A DNA stretch of 37,217 nt. Origin: Candidatus Acidiferrales bacterium (lineage in GTDB: Bacteria; Desulfobacterota; Binatia; Binatales; Binataceae). The notes beneath the pieces are model-generated. The model had not been told where the DNA came from. It did no database searches and worked only from the letters and a program-made list of their open reading frames with translations. The translations under genes and the position numbers were made by a program. The first letter of the stretch is position 1, and each line of letters opens with the position of its first letter. Shown here piece after piece: positions 26,477-34,470 of the stretch. The stretch spans positions 1 through 37,217 of the forward strand of contig DATNLS010000245.1 in NCBI GenBank assembly GCA_035602775.1, given 5' to 3'.

Positions 26477-26545
26477 CGTGCGCGGAACCTCTCCCCTAAC
26501 CCCTCTTCCTTCTGGAGGGGGGAAGAAACAAGCGGTGGTGCGAGT
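26477..26545 (+). repeat. REP-like hairpin element (cccctc...gagggg type), copy 1
   Basis: cgtgcgcggaacctctcccctaacccctcttccttctggaggggggaagaaacaagcgg, with stem cccctc (26500-26505) / gagggg (26515-26520). Related to the element at 29052-29128. Confidence 0.55.
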
Positions 26546-26548
26546 GGC

Positions 26549-26830
26549 CTAGTTTCCTTTGAGCCGGGGGTCGTCGGATGGGACGCAAAGGGCCGCTTTC
26601 GCGCCGTCATGCCTTAGTTGCTCGGACGAATTTGACGGATGCGGGTGAAGTGCGATCATTTTGGCCTTCGTGGTCTCACAGTCCTGCTTAGACCCGAATG
26701 ACGGCTTCATGTTGTACCATCCAGTGAGCGAGGCGGTTGTATCGATCGATAGGCCGTCCGAGGCTGCCAGCGGCGGCACCAACAAATACCAGGCCAAAAG
26801 CGCGAGCGCGGCGGCGTGGCGGGACTTCAT
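26549..26830 (-). CDS. Small secreted hypothetical protein (two Cys)
   Basis: ATG at 26830 gives MKSRHAAALALLAWYLLVPPLAAS (signal-like segment). 93 aa, two Cys (QDCETT, ALCVPSDDPRL). Lies 9 nt downstream of the phosphoglycosyltransferase (PGT) gene stop. No family recognised. Confidence 0.5.
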   Translation of the reverse strand: MKSRHAAALALLAWYLLVPPLAASDGLSIDTTASLTGWYNMKPSFGSKQDCETTKAKMIALHPHPSNSSEQLRHDGAKAALCVPSDDPRLKGN

Positions 26831-26869
26831 GCTTTCAGTGCGGTCGAGTGCAGCGTGCACCCCAGATAG

Positions 26870-28699
26870 TCAGGCGGTTGTGAGTTGGCGGTCGGCGATT
26901 GGGGGGGCGGTTATGTCGGTTACGCCTAGCATGAAGCGGCGCAGGGTTATGCGATGGCTTTGGGCGAATGATTCCAGCGATGCCAGTTGAGCAGCGGAGA
27001 GGGTTTCCTGCGCTACCACGATTTCGTCGAACGGGGTGCGCGCCATGATGTCGGCGAGGTCGTCGAGGGAGCCCAGGACCGGATAGCCGTGGAATAGCTT
27101 GCCGTGCTTGAAACTGTCGTCGTCCACCAGGCCCAGCAGCTCGGTGTTGGCGCCCATCGTCGCGTGGAGATGTTGGACGGCGGCGGCGCCGCGCGCATCA
27201 GCACCGACGATTACGAGACGGCGGGCGGAATACGCCAGGAAGCGGCCGATGCGCTGGAACATATGGAACGACCAGCGTGTCCCGACCAGGAAATTGAATA
27301 GCAGCAGGACGAACATCACGGCGGTCGAGCGGGTGATTGCAATAGGCAGAACGTGCGATGCGAGCTTGACCGCGAGTCCGGCCAGAATCGCGGCCAGCGC
27401 AAAGCGCAAGCTCTCGGCGAGTCCGGTGTAGCGCCATATTCCGCGATAGACGCCGGACACCAGGAAGGACGCACAGCCGATCGCCACGATCCACGGCAGC
27501 CCGTCCAGCATATGACTCACCTGCGCGATGCTGAGATCGAAGTCGAAGCGTAGGAGCATCGCGCCGAAGTACGCTGCCGCAACCAGCGCCATGTCCAGGA
27601 TCACCTCGACGAAGCGGCGTTTGTAGCCGAAGCTCAAGATGACGCGCGCAATCGGCGGCAGGTCTTCGAGTTGGCCGGGCGCCTCGGCGTCGAACGAGCG
27701 ATCCATCAGGAACAGCGCCACTAGCGCAAAGAACAGCGCAATGAAGGGAATCAACAGGATCGCGTCGTAGCCCGGCACCAGGCTGAGAGCGATCGCGCAA
27801 GCGCCGGCAATCACCTGCAGCCCGACCAAGGTCGCCGCTGCGCGGTTGCTAGACATGCCCATTCGGGTCAGCCGGTGATGCGAATGATCGAGGCCGCGTC
27901 GCGAGACTGGATTTCCCGTTGCCAGCCGCGTCACGGTCACCGTCACGGTGTCGAGGATCGGAACCATCAGCGCCAGCAGCGGCATCGCAATGCGTGCGGG
28001 CAGAGAACCCTCACCTGCCCGGCTCGCTTGAATCGACAAAACCCCCAGCACGAGTCCGACCGCGAGCGCACCTTCGTCGCCCATGAAGACCGAGGCCGGC
28101 GGAAAGTTGAAGACCATGAAGCCGCCGAGCGCGCCGGCGATAGCGAGCGCCGCGACCATCGTTCCCGTGTGCTGATGCAGACCGGCGACGGTCGCGATGC
28201 TCAAGGCGGCGACGATTCCAACACCGGCGGCGAGGCCGTCGATGCCGTCGATCAGGTTGAACGCGTTGGTCGCCGTGACCAGCCAGAAAATCGTCAGCGC
28301 GACATTGAAGGCGTGGTAGGGGAAGAAGTCGAGATGCGGGCCCCACCAGACCAGGACACAGATCGCGGCCAGTTCCAATATCAGCTTGTGGCGCGGCTTG
28401 AGATCCACGATGTCGTCGAGCAATCCTACCAGGCACATCGCGATCGCGAAGGCGCCGAGCCACGGAATACTGTGGTAGGGCAATCGCGACAGCTTGCCGA
28501 CGAGTCCGATTGCGACGACGAAACCGGCCATCACGGCCAAGCCGCCGAGCAAGGCGGTCGGCTTGGCATGCGGGTGGTCGGTCGAGGGTCGGGCGAGAAT
28601 TCCGAAGTAGAGCGAGGCGGCTTTGGCCACCGGCATCGTCGCCGTGGCGACGATGAACGCCGACAAGAGGGTCAGCGCGATTTCAAACCCAGTGCTCAA
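26870..28699 (-). CDS. Polyprenyl-phosphate HexNAc-1-phosphate transferase (WecA/MraY, Glycos_transf_4) fused to a C-terminal 4-TM + Rossmann-like module (CapD/WbpM/WbaP N-terminal type)
   Basis: N-terminal half: LLDDIVDLKPRHKL, NAFNLIDGIDGLAAG, FMGDEGALAVG. C-terminal half: KRRFVEVILDMALVAAAYFGAMLLRFDF, YRGIWRYTGL, RRLVIVGADARGAAAV..LLGLVDDDSFKHGKLFHGYPVLGSLDDL. TTG start at 28699 preceded by a GGAG-containing tandem 10-mer. Confidence 0.85.
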   Translation of the reverse strand: MSTGFEIALTLLSAFIVATATMPVAKAASLYFGILARPSTDHPHAKPTALLGGLAVMAGFVVAIGLVGKLSRLPYHSIPWLGAFAIAMCLVGLLDDIVDLKPRHKLILELAAICVLVWWGPHLDFFPYHAFNVALTIFWLVTATNAFNLIDGIDGLAAGVGIVAALSIATVAGLHQHTGTMVAALAIAGALGGFMVFNFPPASVFMGDEGALAVGLVLGVLSIQASRAGEGSLPARIAMPLLALMVPILDTVTVTVTRLATGNPVSRRGLDHSHHRLTRMGMSSNRAAATLVGLQVIAGACAIALSLVPGYDAILLIPFIALFFALVALFLMDRSFDAEAPGQLEDLPPIARVILSFGYKRRFVEVILDMALVAAAYFGAMLLRFDFDLSIAQVSHMLDGLPWIVAIGCASFLVSGVYRGIWRYTGLAESLRFALAAILAGLAVKLASHVLPIAITRSTAVMFVLLLFNFLVGTRWSFHMFQRIGRFLAYSARRLVIVGADARGAAAVQHLHATMGANTELLGLVDDDSFKHGKLFHGYPVLGSLDDLADIMARTPFDEIVVAQETLSAAQLASLESFAQSHRITLRRFMLGVTDITAPPIADRQLTTA

Positions 28700-29051
28700 T
28701 CTTGCTCTCCCTTGCTCTCCAAGTCCGGCTCTATGGCCTGGTTACGAGGTTGAGACTTCCAATGCCCGTCGTGGGGCAAGATAGATAGCGTCAGGACAGT
28801 AGCGCCATTTAGAGTTTATGGCCAAGCCCAAAATTTAATCACCAGAGAAGGACAGCGGCGAAATGCGAATCGTTGACAACCGTCGCGAGCCTGAGCGAGT
28901 TGAAGCCCCCGTCGGGCGAAGATGGCAGAGGGACCGGGTTACGTCAATGCGAGCTATATCTATTTATTGGGCGTGTAGGTTAGTTAGCAATTGCCGGTAC
29001 TTATTGGCAGACGTACGCCCTACTGAGTGACTGAGAATACTACTTTCAGAC

Positions 29052-29128
29052 GGTGCGCCTCTTTCCCTGACCCCTCTCCCTTCTGGAGAGGGGAACAAGG
29101 AAGCGCAGACGCGTACGCACCTCTTCCC
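29052..29128 (+). repeat. REP-like hairpin element, copy 2
   Basis: Perfect 9-bp stem cccctctcc (29071-29079) / ggagagggg (29085-29093) with loop cttct. Flanked by the similar arms gcgcctctttccct and gcacctcttcccta. Confidence 0.6.
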
Positions 29129-29156
29129 TAGTTCATCCCCGGACAGAGCAACGGGG

Positions 29157-29429
29157 TTACTGCTTCATCACGAGCACGTTGCCGTCTTTATCCAGCGCGA
29201 GGCAATCGACCTGCTGGCCGGAATAGAAGGCGCCGCAAATCGATTTGTCCACGCCCGGACATTTGTAGAGGTTCGGCGCCGTCTGCTCGCATTGCGCGAG
29301 ATTGAAATGGAGCTGAGTCTGAAGTTTGTTTTCTTGCGCCTGCGAGGGCGAGAAAATATAGCATCCCGAAAGCGCGATCGCCGCCATCGACACCACTGCC
29401 GCCGCCAGTCGTAAAGAGCTTCCCCTCAT
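29157..29429 (-). CDS. Small lipoprotein, Cys-rich, unknown function
   Basis: ATG at 29429 gives MRGSSLRLAAAVVSMAAIALSGC (lipobox LSGC). The mature part has 4 further Cys. The longer track ORF (TTG 29555) would overlap the divergent htrA-like start. Confidence 0.55.
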   Translation of the reverse strand: MRGSSLRLAAAVVSMAAIALSGCYIFSPSQAQENKLQTQLHFNLAQCEQTAPNLYKCPGVDKSICGAFYSGQQVDCLALDKDGNVLVMKQ

Positions 29430-29561
29430 CACACTTCCCTCCCTCACCTTCATCCGTTCCGCCACCGTCCGTTCCACCACCGTCGCAAAGGATTTATAGG
29501 GATTCGAGGCGCACCACAACTGGGAATCGTGATTACTTTTAGTCTCCAGGAGCAAACGAAA

Positions 29562-30608
29562 ATGCGTTCATCTGTGAAACTGGTTTCGGATGGCGCCGCC
29601 GCACTCGACAGCAGCCGTCCGCTTTCTCACGATTCGTCCGACGATCGACTGTTCGACGCCTACTCGCGCGCCGTGACCGGTGCCGCCGAGTCCGTCAGTC
29701 CGGCCGTGGTGAATATCGAAGTCGCACATGCGACCGGGCCGCGGAGCAATTCACGCAATCCTGACGCGCCGGCGGGCAGCGGCTCGGGCTTCATCGTTGC
29801 GCCCGACGGCTACATCATTACTAACAGCCACGTGGTGCATCGCGCGTCGCGAATCTGGGTCACGCTTTCCGACGGCCGTAAATCGGAAGCTGAGCTGATC
29901 GGCGACGATCCCGAGACCGACCTCGCCGTCATCCGAATCAGCGGTTCGAACCTGGCCGCAGTGACACTCGGCGACTCGCACGAGATTCGCGTTGGGCAGC
30001 TCGCGATCGCGATTGGAAATCCGTACGGCTTCCAATGCACGGTTACCGCCGGCGTGGTCAGCGCACTTGGACGCTCGCTGCGCGCGGGCTCGGGCCGCTT
30101 GATCGACAACGTGATCCAGACCGACGCCGCGCTGAATCCCGGCAACTCGGGCGGACCGCTGGTCAACTCGCGCGGCGAGGTTATCGGCGTCAACACGGCG
30201 ATCATCCTGCCCGCGCAGGGAATCTGCTTCGCGATCGCAATCAACAGCGCCAAACTGGTGGCGGGCCATCTGATCAAGGACGGCAAGATGAGTCGCGGCT
30301 ATATCGGAATCGCGGGCCACAACGTCGAGCTGCCGCGGCGCTTCGTGCGCTTCTACCGGTTGCCGGGGGAGAGCGCGGTGCGAGTCGCGTCGGTCGAGGC
30401 GAACAGTCCGGCGGCGCTCGGCGGAATCAGGGAAGGCGATCAGATCGTGCGGATCGGCGAGACTCCTATCGCCGGCATCGACGATTTGCAGCGTCATCTA
30501 ACGATGAGCCAGGTTGGAGTTCGTACGCCGGTCACCGTGATTCGCGGGACTGAACAAGTGGCGCTGGAGATCGTGCCGTCGGAGGCACCGCATAGATCGC
30601 GCGAGTGA
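29562..30608 (+). CDS. HtrA/DegP-family (S1C) trypsin-like serine protease with one PDZ domain
   Basis: ATG 29562 preceded by AGGAG (29548-29552). Catalytic triad contexts ITNSHVV, ETDLAVI, GNSGGPLV. C-terminal PDZ-like region (GYIGIAG...SPAALGGIREGDQIVRIGETPI). Confidence 0.85.
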   Translation: MRSSVKLVSDGAAALDSSRPLSHDSSDDRLFDAYSRAVTGAAESVSPAVVNIEVAHATGPRSNSRNPDAPAGSGSGFIVAPDGYIITNSHVVHRASRIWVTLSDGRKSEAELIGDDPETDLAVIRISGSNLAAVTLGDSHEIRVGQLAIAIGNPYGFQCTVTAGVVSALGRSLRAGSGRLIDNVIQTDAALNPGNSGGPLVNSRGEVIGVNTAIILPAQGICFAIAINSAKLVAGHLIKDGKMSRGYIGIAGHNVELPRRFVRFYRLPGESAVRVASVEANSPAALGGIREGDQIVRIGETPIAGIDDLQRHLTMSQVGVRTPVTVIRGTEQVALEIVPSEAPHRSRE

Positions 30609-30616
30609 GCGTACTG

Positions 30617-30712
30617 ATTGAATGTGGAACCCACCGTGGGTTCCACGCCTCCTTGGGCAGGGGTGACCCCTGCACCCAGCGTTAAGAAAGGGAGGCGGGA
30701 CTTCGTCCCTGT
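30617..30712 (+). repeat. Three-hairpin extragenic repeat, copy a
   Basis: attgaatg + gtggaaccca-ccg-tgggttccac + gcagggg-tga-cccctgc + acccagcgttaagaaa + gggac-ttc-gtccc. A further hairpin gaaaccc-gctcg-gggtttc lies at about 30735-30753. Confidence 0.75.
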
Positions 30713-30825
30713 TGGATTTAGCGACGGGAAGTCGGAAACCCGCTCGGGGTTTCGGCCAGCGGAGCGTGACTTGGAATAGTTGTGGTGGGGCGGAGGGGCC
30801 GCGCGGCCCTGCTATAATCGGTTGT

Positions 30826-31875
30826 GTGGCCGACCTCGACGTAATTCTCGCGCCTGTGCTTGCGCACGACGATCTCCTTGGGCTCGAGCTTCACTTTCTC
30901 GACGCGGTCGGCAGGCGCGAGACGGCGCCGGTCCTGCTTATTCAGGCGTCGCCCGGGCGCTCGATCTCGATCGGGCGCTATAATCTATACAGCGGACCGC
31001 CCGAGCGCGACGGTATCGGCGTGATGCGGCGGCTGACCGGCGGGCGCGTCGTCGGCGCGGGCGAGGGATGGCTAGGGCTGGCGCTCATTCTTCCGACGCG
31101 GACCGCGCTGCTGAAGGAAGACGTCACGCGACTGAAACCCGATCAGCTAATGAATCGTTACGCACGCGGGCTGCTGTCGGCGATGCGCGCGCTCGGCGTC
31201 GATTGTTTCTACCCGGGCCGCGACGCGATAACCTTTGAACAGCGCGAGATTGCGATGTGCACGTTCGAAACTGACGCGGCGGGCGCGATGCTTTTCGAGG
31301 CGTCGATTGCGCACAATCGCGGGATGGAAGAAGTCGTGCACGATTTGGAACGCATCGACCCAGACGGCGCGCTTTCATGCAGCATGTACGACGCCGGGTC
31401 CGCCACCAAGATGGTGCGCGAACTGGCGCGCGACGTCTCTTTCGACGAACTCGCCGACGCGATCGAGTCCGGCTACCGCGGCACGCTCGGAGAGACGCGG
31501 CGGCGCGAGTTGACGGCGGCCGAGACTGCGCAGGCGCAGCATCGCGGTCGCGAGCTGGCTATCTCGAACAGGCTTAACGGGCCGACCCCGCGAGCAACGC
31601 TGACACTGAAGAATCGAATCGCGTCGCAGCTCGGGGCGATCGAAGCCGCGGTTGCGCTCAACCCCGATCGTATGATCGAGGCCACGCGTCTCAGCGGCGA
31701 TTTTATCGCGAACTCACCGGGAATCGCGGAACTCGAAAGCGCTCTTCGCGGCCGCACGCTAGACCTGCCGTCGATCTCGAACGCGGTCACCGGCACATTC
31801 GGGCATCACGACAATTTCTTTCTCGGCGCGGGCGAACTGTCCAATCTGGTGCGCCTGATCGCGGGTGTGAATTGA
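30826..31875 (+). CDS. Divergent lipoate-protein ligase A-like (BPL/LplA/LipB superfamily) protein
   Basis: MRRLTGGRVVGAGEG parallels the LplA RRxSGGGAVxHD motif. The C-terminal part (GAIEAAVALNPDRMIEATRLSGDFIANSPGIAELESALRGRTL) resembles the LplA C-terminal domain. The GTG 30826 start is chosen because upstream codons lie inside the hairpin repeat; the start is uncertain (track: 30712). Confidence 0.55.
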   Translation: MADLDVILAPVLAHDDLLGLELHFLDAVGRRETAPVLLIQASPGRSISIGRYNLYSGPPERDGIGVMRRLTGGRVVGAGEGWLGLALILPTRTALLKEDVTRLKPDQLMNRYARGLLSAMRALGVDCFYPGRDAITFEQREIAMCTFETDAAGAMLFEASIAHNRGMEEVVHDLERIDPDGALSCSMYDAGSATKMVRELARDVSFDELADAIESGYRGTLGETRRRELTAAETAQAQHRGRELAISNRLNGPTPRATLTLKNRIASQLGAIEAAVALNPDRMIEATRLSGDFIANSPGIAELESALRGRTLDLPSISNAVTGTFGHHDNFFLGAGELSNLVRLIAGVN

Positions 31876-32642
31876 AAAACTCCGACGACATCGCAGCCAC
31901 GACGGTCGAGAATCTGATTCGCGAACTCGGCGACGCGCACAAGACCATTCAGCGGCAAGCGATCGATGAACTCGTGGCGATTGCCGGGTCGGGCAACCCA
32001 ATCGTTACTGAAAAACTTCGCGAGTCGATGGCGAGCGCCGATCGGCACGTGCGATGGGCTGCCGCGTATGCGCTCGGACAAATCGGATCGACTGCGTTTG
32101 CGATGGATTCCGCGGATGTGCTGTGCGAGGCGATGGCGGATGACGACGGCGATATCCGTTGGGCGGCCACCAATCTGATGGTCCGGCTCGGTCGCGAAAA
32201 TCTGGTCGAGATTGGCGAGCGCCTGCTCAAGCTCGCCGGCAATGGCAATCGCAACGCGCGCAAGATGGCGCTGTACTGTATTCGCGACCTCGAGATGGTA
32301 GGCGCCGAACTGCTCGCCGTCGTCGAGCGCGCGGTGCATGCCCCCGATGTTCACGTGCGGCTTGCGGCGCTGTCGGTGTTGTCGCGAACCCGCGACGCGT
32401 CCGGTGAGAGTGTGCGAATCATACTGGAATGCCTGAAATCCGATTCCGATGCGGGCGTGCGCCGCGCCGCAGCCTCTGCGCTGGGCAATATTCGAACTGC
32501 GAGCGCGGACGCGACCGCTGCGCTCGAATCCGCAGCGGCCGACCTCGACGACGAGTCGCTCGCACGAGCGGCGCGCGGCGCTTTGGATCGATTGGAGAAA
32601 CGCGATGAGAGCATCAAAGCCGGTGCGCGCCCCGGCAAATGA
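31872..32642 (+). CDS. HEAT-repeat (PBS-lyase-type) protein
   Basis: Repeated ..D..VR..AA.ALG.I.. units (DRHVRWAAAYALGQIG, DGDIRWAATNLMVRLG, DVHVRLAALSVLSR, DAGVRRAAASALGNIR). TTG start overlaps the upstream stop (TTGA). Confidence 0.7.
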   Translation: MKNSDDIAATTVENLIRELGDAHKTIQRQAIDELVAIAGSGNPIVTEKLRESMASADRHVRWAAAYALGQIGSTAFAMDSADVLCEAMADDDGDIRWAATNLMVRLGRENLVEIGERLLKLAGNGNRNARKMALYCIRDLEMVGAELLAVVERAVHAPDVHVRLAALSVLSRTRDASGESVRIILECLKSDSDAGVRRAAASALGNIRTASADATAALESAAADLDDESLARAARGALDRLEKRDESIKAGARPGK

Positions 32643-33102
32643 TCCCGCTACTCGATTTGGCGAGCCGCACGTGCGCGAGTTTCTCGCCGCGGCGCGAGTC
32701 GCTCATCTGGCGACTGCCGACGCCGCCGGCGCGCCGCACAACGTGCCGTTCTGCTACTGGTTCGACGGCGAGCGCCTCTACTTCGCGATCGACGAGAAAC
32801 CCAAACGCCAGAAGGGTCTGGGGCTGAAGCGGATGCGCAATATCGCGGAGAATCCGCGCGTCTCAGTGGTGATCGATCACTACGAGGAAGATTGGTCGCA
32901 GCTCGCGTTCGTGCTGATTCGCGGAATCGCGCGCGTGGTCGAAGACCCCGAAGAGTATCTCGGCGCAATGCGCCATCTGCGCGACAAGTACCTGCAGTAC
33001 CGCGGGATGAACCTGACGCCGGAGAAAAATCCGATCGTGAAGATCGAACCGGAGAGCGTGCACACCTGGGGCGCGCGCTTCAGAATGGATTCAGATTCGT
33101 GA
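32605..33102 (+). CDS. Pyridoxamine 5'-phosphate oxidase-family (PPOX class, probably F420/FMN-binding) protein
   Basis: ATG 32605 gives MRASKPVRAP...FLAAARVAHLATADAAGAPHNVPFCYWFDGERLYFAIDEKPKR...NPRVSVVIDHY, the split-barrel PPOX pattern. The upstream part of track ORF 32449.. overlaps the HEAT gene and is Arg-rich. Confidence 0.75.
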   Translation: MRASKPVRAPANDPATRFGEPHVREFLAAARVAHLATADAAGAPHNVPFCYWFDGERLYFAIDEKPKRQKGLGLKRMRNIAENPRVSVVIDHYEEDWSQLAFVLIRGIARVVEDPEEYLGAMRHLRDKYLQYRGMNLTPEKNPIVKIEPESVHTWGARFRMDSDS

Positions 33103-34298
33103 CGGCGCGGCTCGACGAAATCGCTTCGGCGCTAGGCGACGCGCGGCTCGACGGATGGCTGTTCTACGACTTCCGGCTGAGCGACCCGCTCGCGTATCGA
33201 ATCCTCGGCCTGTCCGACGACGGCATCGCAACGCGGCGATGGTTCTGCTTCGTGCCGGCGCGCGGCAAGCCGCGGGCGATCGTGTCGGCCGTCGAGGCGC
33301 ATCGCCTCGACGCGATCGCCGCGGAAAAGATCGTCTATCGCTCGCACACGGAGATGCTCGCGGCGTTGCGCACGGTGCTCGGCGGCGCGCACAGAATCGC
33401 AATGGACTATTCGCCCAGGTGCGCGATTCCATACGTGTCGCGCGTCGACGCGGGTACGGTCGAAATCGTCCGGGCAATGAATATCGAGGTCGTCACGGCC
33501 GCCGATCTGATCCAGCGCTTCGAAGCGACGTTGACGAAAGAGCAGCTGGGGAGTCATCAGCGTGCCGCGCGCGCGCTTCGAGCGATCGTCGATGAAACCT
33601 TTATCGAGATCGCACAATTGATTTCAGCAGATCGCGCAATTAGCGAAGTCTCGGTGCAGGAATCCGTGATGGCGCGTTTCGCCGCGCGCGGTCTGGTGAC
33701 GCATGCACCGCCGATCGTCGCCGTCAACGAGCATAGCGCCGACCCGCATTACGGCCCGACCCCGCACAATGACCTCGCGATTCGCCGCGGGGATTTTATC
33801 CTGCTCGACCTGTGGGCCAAGGAGGCCGCGCCCGACAGTATCTACGCCGACTTCACCTGGGTCGCGTTCGCAGGAGACAAGGTTCCCGCCGAGCATGCGC
33901 GCGTTTTCAAGATCGTCACGGACGCGCGCGACGCGACGGTTGATCTCGTTTATCGCCGGGTCACGGCCGGAGAGCCGGTCAGCGGACGCGAAGCCGATCG
34001 CGCGGCGCGCTCGGTAATCGAGGCGGCCGGCTTCGGCGACGTGTTCGTCCATCGCACGGGCCATTCGATTGGCCGCGAAGTTCATGGCACCGGCGCGAAT
34101 CTCGATTCGCTCGAGACGCTGGACGACCGCACGCTTATCGACAACACATGTTTCTCGGTCGAGCCTGGGATTTATCTGGCGGGGAAATTCGGTGTGCGCA
34201 GCGAACTCGACATGACAATCGAAGGCGGGCGCGCGATGGTGAGCGGCGAGCCGCGCCAGCGTGAGATCGTCGCGCTGTTGAAGAGGTCACTTGATTGA
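33099..34298 (+). CDS. M24-family metallopeptidase (Xaa-Pro aminopeptidase/creatinase-like)
   Basis: GTG 33099 overlaps the upstream stop (GTGA). Metal-ligand contexts ILLDLWA...YADFTW, HRTGHSIGREVHG, FSVEPGIY and VRSELD fit the pita-bread fold. Confidence 0.85.
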   Translation: MTARLDEIASALGDARLDGWLFYDFRLSDPLAYRILGLSDDGIATRRWFCFVPARGKPRAIVSAVEAHRLDAIAAEKIVYRSHTEMLAALRTVLGGAHRIAMDYSPRCAIPYVSRVDAGTVEIVRAMNIEVVTAADLIQRFEATLTKEQLGSHQRAARALRAIVDETFIEIAQLISADRAISEVSVQESVMARFAARGLVTHAPPIVAVNEHSADPHYGPTPHNDLAIRRGDFILLDLWAKEAAPDSIYADFTWVAFAGDKVPAEHARVFKIVTDARDATVDLVYRRVTAGEPVSGREADRAARSVIEAAGFGDVFVHRTGHSIGREVHGTGANLDSLETLDDRTLIDNTCFSVEPGIYLAGKFGVRSELDMTIEGGRAMVSGEPRQREIVALLKRSLD

Positions 34299-34392
34299 AT
34301 GCGGAACCCACCGTTGGTTCCGCGCCTCCTTGGGCAGGGGTGACCCCTGCACCCAGTTGATAAGAAAAGAAAGATGCGGGGCTTCGCCCCTG
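34294..34392 (+). repeat. Three-hairpin extragenic repeat, copy b (contains the stop codon of the M24 peptidase gene)
   Basis: attgaatg + gcggaaccca-ccg-ttggttccgc + gcagggg-tga-cccctgc + acccagttgataagaaaag + ggggc-ttc-gcccc. The TGA at 34296-34298 inside attgaatg is the gene stop. Confidence 0.75.
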
Positions 34393-34470
34393 TTAGAACT
34401 CTTGGGGCGGAGCTTCGTCGTGCGAACCCGCTTCCAATGATCAAGCGCGCGTGTAAGACAGTACTCCAGT

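Noticed and set aside
28863-29036. 57-aa plus-strand ORF, and a TTGACA hexamer (~28873), in the 457-nt region upstream of the PGT gene.
   Set aside because: The peptide is Arg-rich with no signal or motif. TTGACA has no matching -10 and no downstream plus-strand gene. The region is more plausibly the promoter/leader of the minus-strand operon.
29430-33098. N-terminal extensions proposed by the ORF track (29555, 29529, 30712, 32449, 32892; also 17243, 17653, 20661, 26860).
   Set aside because: The extensions overlap neighbouring genes or repeat elements, are Arg-rich, and precede better starts that have SD sequences, signal peptides or lipoboxes, or 4-nt start/stop coupling.
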